Assembly (NCBI GenBank): GCA_002269645.1
Contig: NIVC01000732.1
Location: 372,001-436,000, forward strand
Direction: 5' to 3'
Source of the DNA: Macrostomum lignano
Lineage: Eukaryota
Length of the DNA: 64,000 nt
The notes under the pieces are model-generated. The model was not told the DNA's origin and made no database searches. It saw only the letters and a list, made by a program, of their open reading frames with translations. The translations under genes and the position numbers were made by a program. This document shows positions 34,584-45,296 of the stretch, one piece after another (position 1 is the stretch's first letter; every line of letters starts with the position of its first letter).

Positions 34584-35624
34584 CTGGAATAAAATAGGGA
34601 TTAAACTACTGAGATTGTGAGATGGGGAATAAGCTACTGACATTGTGAGATGGGGAATAAGCTATTGACACTGTGAGATGGGGAATAAGCTACTGACATT
34701 GTGAGATGGGGAATAAGCTTCTGACACTGTGAGATGGGGAATAAGCTACTGACACTGTGAGATGGTGATTAAGCTACTGACACTGTGAGATGGGGAATAA
34801 GCTACTGACACTGTGAGATGGGGAATAAGCTACTGACACTGTGAGATGGGGAATAAGCTACTGACATTGTGAGATGGGGAATAAGCTACTGACACTGTGA
34901 GATGGGGAATAAGCTACTGACATTGTGAGATGGGGAATAAGCTATTGACACTGTGAGATGGGGAATAAGCTACTGACATTGTGAGATGGGGATTAAGCTA
35001 CTGACACTGTGAGATGGGGAATAAGCTACTGACATTGTGAGATGGGGAATAAGCTACTGACATTGTGAGATGGTGATTAAGCTACTGACACTGTGAGATG
35101 GGGAATAAGCTACTGACACTGTGAGATGGGGAATAAGCTACTGACACTGTGAGATGGGGAATAAGCTACTGACACTGTGAGATGGGGAATAAGCTACTGA
35201 CATTGTGAGATGGGGATTAAGCTACTGACACTGTGAGATGGGGAATAAGCTATTGACACTGTGAGATGGGGAATAAGCTACTGACATTGTGAGATGGGGA
35301 TTAAGCTACTGACACTGTGAGATGGGGAATAAGCTACTGACATTGTGAGATGGGGAATAAGCTACTGACACTGTGAGATGGGGAATAAGCTACTGACACT
35401 GTGAGATGGGGAATAAGCTACTGACACTGTGAGATGGGGAATAAGCTACTGACATTGTGAGATGAGGATTAAGCTACTGACACTGTGAGATGGGGAATAA
35501 GCTATTGACACTGTGAGATGGGGAATAAGCTACTGACATTGTGAGATGGGGATTAAGCTACTGACACTGTGAGATGGGGAATAAGCTACTGACATTGTGA
35601 GATGGGGAATAAGCTACTGACACT

Positions 35625-35920
35625 CATACATGCGCAACCTCCAAATTTCGGTCGGCCGTGCGACTTAGTTTTAACAAAAATGCGACGTAGTTTTTGGCCA
35701 AAAATGCGACTTAGATGTAAAAAAACCCAAAAGGAAAATTAACGCAACTTTGGGTAAACGGCAGGAGTAACTATGACTGTCTTATAAAGCCAAAATGCCT
35801 CGTCAGCTACTTAGTACTACTACTCGGTGTTTTTCGGGTCAGCATTTTTGCGACTTCCTTGGTTGGCCGCCAAATCGGTCGGCCGAATCGGCCGACTCGG
35901 CCGACTGTTGCGCATGTATG
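35625..35920 (+). mobile_element. hAT-type MITE (296 bp) containing a 28S rRNA-derived segment
   Basis: 14-bp TIR CATACATGCGCAAC / GTTGCGCATGTATG; perfect 8-bp TSD CTGACACT (35617-24, 35921-28); subterminal TGCGAC(T/G)TAG motifs. Confidence 0.92.
35752..35815 (+). other. 28S rRNA-derived fragment (R2/I-PpoI target region), not an rRNA gene
   Basis: GGGTAAACGGCAGGAGTAACTATGACTGTCTTATAAAGCCAAAATGCCTCGTCAGCTACTTAGT vs conserved 28S GGGTAAACGGCGGGAGTAACTATGACTCTCTTAAGGTAGCCAAATGCCTCGTCATCTAATTAGT (about 56 of 64 identical by hand). Confidence 0.9.
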
Positions 35921-37570
35921 CTGACACTGTGAGATGGGGAATAAGCTACTGACACTGTGAGATGGGGAATAAGCTACTGACACTGTGAGATGGGGAATAA
36001 GCTACTGACATTGTGAGATGGGGATTAAGCTACTGACACTGTGAGATGGGGAATAAGCTATTGACACTGTGAGATGGGGAATAAGCTACTGACATTGTGA
36101 GATGGGGATTAAGCTACTGACACTGTGAGATGGGGAATAAGCTACTGACATTGTGAGATGGGGAATAAGCTACTGACATTGTGAGATGGTGATTAAGCTA
36201 CTGACACTGTGAGATGGGGAATAAGCTACTGACACTGTGAGATGGGGAATAAGCTACTGACACTGTGAGATGGGGAATAAGCTACTGACATTGTGAGATG
36301 GGGATTAAGCTACTGACACTGTGAGATGGGGAATAAGCTATTGACACTGTGAGATGGGGAATAAGCTACTGACATTGTGAGATGGGGAATAAGCTACTGA
36401 CACTGTGAGATGGGGAATAAGCTACTGACATTGTGAGATGGGGAATAAGCTACTGACACTGTGAGATGGGGAATAAGCTTCTGACACTGAGATGGGAAAT
36501 AAGCTACTGACATTGTGAGATGGGGAATAAGCTACTGACACTGTGAGATGGGGAATAAGCTACTGACATTGTGAGATAGGGAATAAGCTTCTGACACTGA
36601 GATGGGAAATAAGCTACTGACATTGTGAGATGGGGAATAAGCTACTGACACTGTGAGATGGGGAATAAGCTACAGACACTGTGAGATGGGGAATAAGCTA
36701 CTGACACTGTGAGATGGGGAATAAGCTACTGACATTGTGAGATGGGGAATAAGCTTCTGACACTGTGAGATGGGGAATAAGCTACTGACATTGTGAGATG
36801 GGGAATAAGCTACTGACAAAGACTAGATGACGTGGACAAAACCTTAAATACTGCCAATGTACGCAAATGTCGAGTCAACGAGACAAAATCTACTAAGCGC
36901 TAAAAGAAAGGCAAAGTTGAAACTCTCGTTCTAGTTTAAAGACACGACGAACTGCGTTGATAGACGATACTTTGCGCCGCTACGAAAACCGACGCGTTAA
37001 CTGATTTTTTAACTGAACGGACGGTGAGCAATGAGCGGCATTTGGTTTAGTTTCTTTTAACAGACTCAATAGGATTCTTAGGGGCTGTAGCCACGTGTTC
37101 TAGCGCGGCGCTCTGATGTGCAAGAGGCCCAGGCTTGATTCCAAGCGCAGTCACATTAATTTGGGGCTAAATTAGATTATCGTAAGGCACAGTGGTGTAC
37201 ATGCCGAACAATAAATAAAGTTAGGGGAGTTGTGTACACTCCTGTGTGAGTGTGTGCCTGTGCATTTGACTGTGTTCGTATTCGCGCGCTTATGCGCCTA
37301 CTCAGGGGAGTCGGCGAAATGGGCAGTAGTGCCTCTCGCCGGTTGTATGACAATGTCGCTTAAAGTGCACACAGCCCCCTGCCTCTAATAATAAAAACGG
37401 GCTCGTAAAACTACTTTTAGTAATCTATTATACTAAAAATGAAAATCTTATTCACTAAAAATAAAGTAGGACGAGATGCAAAATGAAAAACTGAATTAAA
37501 AAGACCCAGATTGAACTACTTACTAAGTAACAAGCAGAGCTGATATTAGACAATGAACTAAAACACTTAC

Positions 37571-37852
37571 AGATTTTCCTGCCGGAGATTTGGCAGCCGA
37601 AGCAGGAGCAGTCTGCTTCTGCTGTTTCTGCAGCTGCTTGAGCTTGCCCATCAGTTCCGGACTCAAATCGTCATCATCCTCGTCTTCGTCATCGTCATCT
37701 TCGTCTCCGCCTTCTTCATCGTCGCCGCTGCTGAACTCCAATTCGCTGTCGTCTTCTCCTTCCATGCCTTCTTCGTCCTCGTCCTCGTCTTCCTCGTCAT
37801 CATCGTCATCGCCACCAGACGATGGCTTTTTCTGTTGCGGCCTGTTGCCACC
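37571..37852 (-). CDS. NCL: Nucleolin-like exon 2 (acidic)
   Basis: GGNRPQQKKPSSGGDDD...SPELMGKLKQLQ...AKSPAGKS; AACAG acceptor and GTAAGT donor; 282 nt. Confidence 0.85.
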
Positions 37853-37942
37853 CTGTTAGGTGATTAAATAAAGCAGGTGATATTTGAACATTTTCTGTCG
37901 TGTAGAAACAGCAGACATTGCAGATTCGAAATCTATCTACGA

Positions 37943-38937
37943 CAGGGGTTGGCAAACTCAGGCCCGCTGGCTACTCCCTCTGGCCCCTCTGGCCATTCAG
38001 AGTTGTGAATGGTCCCTCTGGCCATTCAGAGTTGTGAATGGTCCCTCTGGCCATTTACAGTTGTGAATGGTCCCTCTGGCCATTTAGTTGTGAATGGCCC
38101 CTCTGGCCATTCAGAGTTGTGAATGGTCCCTCTGGCCATTCAGAGTTGTGAATGGTCCCTCTGGCCATTTACAGTTGTGAATGGTCCCTCTGGCCATTTA
38201 GTTGTGAATGGTCCCTCTGGCCATTCAGAGTTGTGAATGGTCCCTCTGGCCATTCAGAGTTGTGAATGGTCCCTCTGGCCATTCAGAGTTGTGAATGGTC
38301 CCTCTGGCCATTTACAGTTGTGAATGGTCCCTCTGGCCATTTAGTTGTGAATGGTCCCTCTGGCCATTCAGAGTTGTGAATGGTCCCTCTGGCCATTCAG
38401 AGTTGTGAATGGTCCCTCTGGCCATTCAAGAGTTGTGAATGGTCCTTCTGGCCATTCAGAGTTGTGAATTGTTCCTCTGGCCATTCAGAGTTGTGAATTG
38501 TTCCTCTGGCCATTCAGAGTTGTGAATGGTCCCTCTGGCCATTTAGTTGTGAATGGTCCCTCTGGCCATCTGGCCATTCAGAGTTGTGAATGGTCCCTCT
38601 GGCCATTTAGTTGTGAATGGTCCCTCTGGCCATTCAGAGTTGTGAATGGTCCCTCTGGCCATTCAGAGTTGTGAATGGTCCCTCTGGCCATTTAGAGTTG
38701 TGAATGGTCCCTCTGGCCATTTAGTTGTGAATGGTCCCTCTGGCCATTCAGAGTTGTGAATGGTCCCTCTGGCCATTCAGAGTTGTGAATGGTCCCTCTG
38801 GCCATTTAGAGTTGTGAATGGTCCCTCTGGCCATTCAGAGTTGTGAATGGTCCCTCTGGCCATCCCTATCTCTACTGCCCGCAGTCATGCACTAGATTCT
38901 CTATCTAATTGAGGTAAAAAAAAATTGCCAACCCCTG
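37943..38937 (+). mobile_element. hAT/Charlie-type MITE enclosing a 29-bp hairpin minisatellite
   Basis: TIR CAGGGGTTGGCAA / TTGCCAACCCCTG; 6/8 TSD (ATCTACGA vs ATCCAAGA); internal array 37985-38865. Confidence 0.8.
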
Positions 38938-39507
38938 ATCCAAGAGAACATAAGGGAAGATCTTGACATTTATTGAAAAAAACGGACAGAGTTAAGATTT
39001 AACGTCTAGTGAACCTAGACTAAGAATGATCCTATATTCACTTGCGTCGCCCTAAAATTGCTGCCTGTAACACAGGGAAAAATAGGAGAGAAGTGACTCT
39101 AAACCGACTTTAAACAGACGAGATATCACGATAAAAGTCGCCTAAAACTCAATTTGAGGCACTTTATTGTCTGCGACTCTGTGGCCGTATAGTCGGTCTC
39201 TGGGGCGTGCTGGAGTTGCTGTAAAGTTACTCAGCCCACCTGCGTCATCTTGTAGAACTTAGAATCGCATTTAGCATTTATAAAAACTATAATAAGTTAG
39301 TAGACAGTTAAGCACCAACACAACGACTCTTGGATGACTCTTCTACGATTCTATAACTCACGTGATTACGTGAAAGTCACAAGAGTCGCTATAGTCACTA
39401 ATTGGTTGTTTGCAATAATTCTTTTACCGATTCAAAATTGATCCAACAATAATATCTTATTTGTAGTTGTAGAACATTATTAATTGTTCATATAATTATC
39501 TGCGCAC

Positions 39508-39909
39508 CTGAAATCCACCACCGCGCTTAAAAGCACTGGCGCTGCCACGATTGCCGTTGAAGCCGCCGCCTCTTCTAGCAACCTGCTGCTTGCCGTCGCC
39601 AGCTTTAACGCCTTTGAACGGCTGAATCTGGGCGAATGGCTTTTTGTCGCCGGGCGTGGCCGGACTGCGGGATTGATCCTTTTGAAAGTAGCGACCGCCG
39701 CCACCGCCGCCGCCGCGGTTGCCGGGGCTGCCTCGACCGCCGCGGTTGCCGGGGCTGCCACGACCGCCGCGATTGCCAGGGCTGCCACGACCGCCGCGGT
39801 GTCCCGGGCTGGAACTGAATCGGCCGCCGCCGCCGCCGCCACCTCGGTTTCCGCCCCTGCCACCGCCCCCTCTGTTTCCGCCTCTGCCTCTATTGAAATT
39901 GCCTCGCAT
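39508..39909 (-). CDS. NCL: Nucleolin-like exon 1 (RGG/GAR domain)
   Basis: MRGNFNRGRGGNRGGGG...(RGSPGNRGG)x3...KRGGGFQ then GTGCGC donor; phase 0. Reconstructed protein ~795 aa. Confidence 0.82.
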
Positions 39910-40631
39910 CTGGAAATGTTGAAGGCTTTGAAAATTAATAGAAGTACAAATGCAGTTTCTAAGTGATATGCTCTAGTTCTGATGCAATATTGCAAGCAAG
40001 GCACCATCAATTTTAGTTTCTGGCACTCTAGTGATTTTTAAGCTTGAGAATCTTTTAAGCAAAAAACTACAAAAGGGCAACCAATTTCTTATCTCTCCTG
40101 TGGGTCATGATCCTAATTTTAGTGTGGGGAGAAGGGGGCAGCCCATCTCTTGATCAATGGATCTGCTAGTGTATGCATTAAGTTTTTTTGTTTTTTTGTT
40201 AATTTTTGGTAGTCTATTCTTTTGATCAAAATTTAGCTATTACAGTTTTGCAGATGGAACCAATGCCAAATTTAGACTGTTGTCAGTTTGTTTACCTACG
40301 GTCAGTGCTAGGGTAAACAGTTTGTCTATTATTGTATCTAATGAAAGCAATATCTAGCAAACGTGGTTAAAACATAAATTAGTGCAAAGAGCAATATTTG
40401 CTGCAAATAAAGCACTTTTATTTTTTATCATATAGTGCTACTTTCATCAAGATAAATGTGGATTCATCTTAAATAAGTTTTAAATCTTGGTAAAAATTTT
40501 GCATGAAGTTTGCAAAATTTTTCATAAAGTTAATGTATTTTCCTTAGGCATTTCTTAGAGCACTACACAATGCAATGAATTGAAATGCATAGCATTGCTA
40601 AAGGTTATGTTGTAGTGTTCTGCTGTAAGGG

Positions 40632-41674
40632 CAGTGTTCCCACTCAGCAACCTTCATTTTTTGCGCCAAGCCATTCATTTTCGCGCCATGGATATTTTTT
40701 GCACCATTATCACTCTTTACCTTTAAGGCTCTAATGCAGTGTGGTGCCCATTGAGATATTTAAAAAAAACTAACACCCAACATCCAAAATCATCCAATTT
40801 TGGACAAGATAAAACACTACAACTTAGCAAAAATGGGTTGAAAAATGGCAACGACAGCATGGGCATCAGACTATTAATTTCTTTAAATCAATACTGCAAT
40901 TATAAAACATAAAGTTTCTATCTGACACCACCATGGTTGGCTTTGTTATTCTATTGGTACATAAAAAGTATGCTCATTAGTGTTCCTCACACTAGCAAAA
41001 AGGAGGTAATGTCACAATATAATTATATTATGCTCCTGGCCTTATAAATATCTAATAATTATTACTACATGCTGATAGGCAATTTATGATTGAGGATATG
41101 AAAGTTTACTTTACTATAAACTGGAAAATGACAAAAATAAAACAAATGGATCTCATATCGCTGTCTTTACTTCAGACAAAACTTCTTGCTCTGCACACTT
41201 TCAGGCAACATCTTGCCTGTTGAGGAAGACAATAGAATGTCACTGGCAGCACACTTAAGTACAGACTCTGTCACATAAAGAATTTCTTCTTCTTTAGAAG
41301 CTTTGCATGCTTGCAGTATAGATGCCTTGCATCCTTGTCCATTGACTGCATAATTTTCTGCGCTTCCTCTTGCATGCAACCTTTGGCTTTTCTCCCTTTT
41401 GGCAATCTTGTGCTCAATTTCACTAGCCCTTGCCTGTAGTGCCTCTTCAGCATTGCAAAATGTCTTGCTAGCCCTCTTTTTTGGTCTGTTTTATTACAAA
41501 CAATGCCAAACATGAAAAGCATACAAAAAAGCATCCAAAAATGTGGAAAAGGTTAAAAAGTAGGTGCAAACTTTCCACATTTTCAGATTTGCATCAAACC
41601 TTACTAACCATGCATTAGTGCAATATTGCCTCATTTTTAGCATGGCATGAATTTGCGCCAGAGTGGGAACACTA
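40632..41674 (-). mobile_element. Decayed non-autonomous hAT element
   Basis: TIR (C/T)AGTGTTCCCACTC; 8-bp TSD TGTAAGGG / CATAAGGG; broken ORF remnants at 41167-41534. Confidence 0.7.
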
Positions 41675-42604
41675 CATAAGGGGATCCATGTGCTATAGCT
41701 ATAAACAAAACTATGGCTTTTCCAATTTTCTATATTTTGTAATCATAACCCGCATTATATTCCCATAGTTTTTATAGCTATATTTCTAACAAAAAGTTTA
41801 AGAAATAAAGTTTGAATCAGGCAAGATAACTTAATATTTAAAAAATCACAAATAAAGGCAGAAACTCAAGCTAACACTTGAATGTCTTTTGTAATATTAC
41901 ATTTCAATCATCTACTACTAAAAGAACCACTACTAAACTTTACTTTAGTACTTTACTTTAGTACTTTAGTACTATTTTGGGTATAATTTTCAAGTTTTTG
42001 AATCTATAATGCAGTTTATACTAAGTATCTTTGTTTTACTTTACCTCTAATATTTATTATGGGAATCTATGGAATGTGAATGCAATTGTTATATTTTTGT
42101 AGTCTTAGCCATAAGAACAGCTATATACAATAGGCATATCTATAGCTATCATGAATTATGACAGCTATTTTACACCATATTTGTCATAGTATCCTATAGC
42201 CATAGCCGCAGCTATGGTGGAACACTATTGTATTGTCAATTATATTACAAAAGGTTATATTTCAAAATTAAATAAATGCAAGCTAAAATGAAATAAGAGT
42301 TAAAAATTATGAAAGCTAAATATATACCATCTTTTTAAGTCATACCATGCAGCCAATGATATATAGGCCTAAACAAACTATAAATGTATATAACAAATTA
42401 TTTCCCTTTGTTTTGAATATTGGCAGCTAAAATAGACAAATTAATTAACTAATCATGTAATTATAGTATATTACTAGCAATCTTCGCCCCCCGATAGGGG
42501 ACATCTGGATAGAATCTCTGTTCTCTACAAGTAACAAAAAGACAGCCAGAAAATCCTTCACAAAGACAACAGACAAACTGCTCAAATGAAGTGAATTGCA
42601 ATAA

Positions 42605-43235
42605 GAAATCTTCCCAAGACCACAAGCATCCCCCAGATAGCAAGCATTCCCCAGATAGCAAGCATCCCTCAAATAGCAAGCATCCCCCAGATAGCAAGCA
42701 TCCCCCAGATAGCAAGCATCCCCCAGATAGCAAACATCCCCCAGATAGCAAGCATCCCCCAGATAGCAAGCATTCCCCAGATAGCAAACATTCCCCAGAT
42801 AGCAAGCATTCCCCAGATAGCAAGCATCCCTCAGATAGCAAGCATACCCCAAATAGCAAGCATCCCTCAGATAGCAAGCATCCCTCAGATAGCAAGCATC
42901 CCCCAGATAGCAAGCATCACTCAGATAGCAAGCATCCCTCAGATAGCAAGCATCCACCAGATAGCAAGCATCCCTCAGATAGCAAGCATCCCCCAAATTG
43001 CAAGCATCGCCCAGATAGCAAGCATCCCCCAGAAAGCAAGCATCCTCCAAATAGCAAGCATCCCCCAGATAGCAAGCATCACTCAGATAGCAAGCATCCC
43101 TCAGATAGCAAGCATCCACCAGATAGCAAGCATCCCTCAGATAGCAAGTATCCCCCAAATTGCAAGCATCGCCCAGATAGCAAGCATCCCCCAGAAAGCA
43201 AGCATCCCCCAAATAGCAACCATCCACCAGACAAA
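42605..43235. repeat. 18-bp minisatellite (CAGATAGCAAGCATCCCC)
   Basis: About 35 copies. Unit divisible by 3 gives stop-free frames on both strands. Confidence 0.97.
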
Positions 43236-43329
43236 AAGTAGCTAGAGCGACAATTTCCTTAGCTTTATAGTGGCTCCTTTAAATTGGCATGGCGCTTTAT
43301 ACCTTTACATTTGAAATTGTATATCTTGA

Positions 43330-44760
43330 ATGTTTGACATGGTGGCTCTTTTATGTTTGACATGGTGGCTCTTTATTGTTCGACATGGTGGCTTTTTTAT
43401 GTTTGACATGGTGGCTCTTGTATGTTCGACATGGTGGCTCTTTTAATGGTCGACATGGTGGCTCTTTAATGTTCTTCATGTTGGCTCTTTTATGTTTGAC
43501 ATGCTGGCTTTTTTATGTTTGACATGGTGGCTCTTTTATGTTCGACATGGTGGCTCTTTTATGTTCTACATGGCTGCTCTTTTATGTTCGACATGGTGGC
43601 TCTTGTATGTTCGACATGGTCGCTCTTTTGGGTTTGAAATGGTGGCTCTTTAATATTTGACAAGGTGGCCCTTTAATGTTTAACATGGTGGCTCTTTAAA
43701 TTTCGAAATGGTGGCTCCTTAATTTTTGAAATGGTGGCTGTTTTATGTTTGACATGGTGGCTCTTTAATGTTCTTAATGGTGTCTGTTTTATGTTTGACA
43801 TGGTGGCTCTTTATTGTTCGACATGGTGGCTCTTTAATTTTCGAAATGGTGGCTGTTTTATGTTTGACATGGTGGCTCTTTAATATTTGACAAGGTGGCC
43901 CTTTAATGTTTAACATGGTGGCTCTTTAATTTTCGAAATGGTGGCTCCTTAATTTTCGAAATGGTGGCTCTTTTATGTTTGACATGGTGGCTCTTTAATG
44001 TTCGACATGGTGGCTCTTTAATGTTCGACATGGTGGCTCTTTAATGTTCTTAATGGTGTCTGTTTTATGTTCGACATGGTGGCTCTTTTATGTTCGACAT
44101 GGTGGCTCTTTAATGTTCGACATGGTGGCTCATTTAGGTTTGAAATGGTGGCTCTTTAATGTTTGACATTGTGGCTCTTTAATATTGGACAAGGTGGCTC
44201 TTTAATGTTCGACATGGTGGCTCTTTAATTTTCGAAATGGTGGCTCCTTAATTTTCGAAATGGTGGCTGCTTTATGTTTGACATGGTGGCTCTTTAATGT
44301 TTGACATGGTAACTCTTTTATGTTTGATATGGTGGCTCTTTTATGTTCGACATGGTGGCTCTTTAATGTTCGACATGGTGGCTCCTTTAGGTTTGAAATG
44401 GTGGCTCTTTAATGTTTGACATTGTGGCTCTTTTATGTTCGACATGGTGGCTCTTTTAGGTTTGACATGGTGACTCTTAAATGTTTGACATGGTGGCTCT
44501 TTAATGTTTCACATGGTGGCTCTTTAATATTTGACATAAAGTCACATATATGTTTGACATGGTGGCTCCTAAATGTTTGACATGGTGGCTCTTTAATGTT
44601 CGACATGGTGGCTCCTTAATTTTCGAAATGGTGGCTCCTTAATTTTCGAAATGGTGGCTGCTTAATGTTTGACATGGTAACTCTTTTATGTTTGATATGG
44701 TGGCTCTTTTATGTTCGACATGGTGGCTCTTTAATGTTCGACATGGTGGCTCCTTTAGGT
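43330..44760. repeat. ~20-21-bp minisatellite (ATGTTCGACATGGTGGCTCTTTA)
   Basis: About 65 degenerate copies. Confidence 0.97.
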
Positions 44761-44929
44761 TTGAACCCAGGTCGCTACATTAGCATTCCAGTCTGTTCGC
44801 ATCAGGGCTATCTCTTTTCAATTGGAGAACATGAATTGTGGCCCTTATAATTCAATTCTTACAGCAAGTCAATTGGAGTAAAAAGTTATGACATAATCAA
44901 TTTCTCAGTCAGCCAGTATCAGTCTCAAT

Positions 44930-45296
44930 TTAAGTTAGCAATATGGTTACGCAATTTAAATCAAGTCGTGTGTGCATTTCTTCGGTACTGTTTTTAACTT
45001 GTTGTGATGCAATCTTTATCACAATCGGAATTCAGTCAGTCAGTTTTTTTTCTAGCATTCTTACAATGCATTTCAGGTCGAAAGAGCTGCTTGACCTTTG
45101 CAAAAAAGCATGTTTTTCGAATATTTAATCCCTTTAAAATTGAGCAATTTCTTAGCCAAGATGCATGTACCGTCCCAGGAAAATTTCTGATCGAATGGTG
45201 CAAGTTTGAAGAAAATCGGTTGAGCCATTTTTTCTGAAATCTATCGCATACCTACCTACCTACCTATCCACAGACAACTCATTTTTAGTATATAGG
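44930..45296 (+). mobile_element. Possible Helitron/Helentron-associated (DINE/HINE-like) element end
   Basis: CAAGTTTGAAGAAAATCGGTTGAGCC, (TACC)n microsatellite and terminal TATATAG resemble the layout of such elements; recalled pattern only. Confidence 0.3.

Larger units (their letters stand above)
34620..36820. repeat. 28-bp minisatellite (GCTACTGACACTGTGAGATGGGGAATAA) in nucleolin intron 2
   Basis: About 65-70 near-identical copies, interrupted once by a MITE. Confidence 0.98.

Noticed and set aside
35752-35815. 28S rRNA gene
   Set aside because: Only ~64 bp, mutated, and embedded in a TIR/TSD-bounded MITE; no flanking rDNA.
34620-36820. CRISPR-like regular 28-bp repeats (also the other arrays)
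   Set aside because: Units are head-to-tail with no unique spacers, there are no cas genes, and the context is a eukaryotic intron.
42445-43241. 260-aa ACYLGD and 216-aa DSKHPP repeat proteins
   Set aside because: An 18-bp tandem unit keeps frames open on both strands; no splice or codon evidence.
44755-44810. tRNA gene (GGGTTCAAA B-box-like; also 19020-19090)
   Set aside because: No consistent acceptor or anticodon stems; at most degenerate SINE-like heads.
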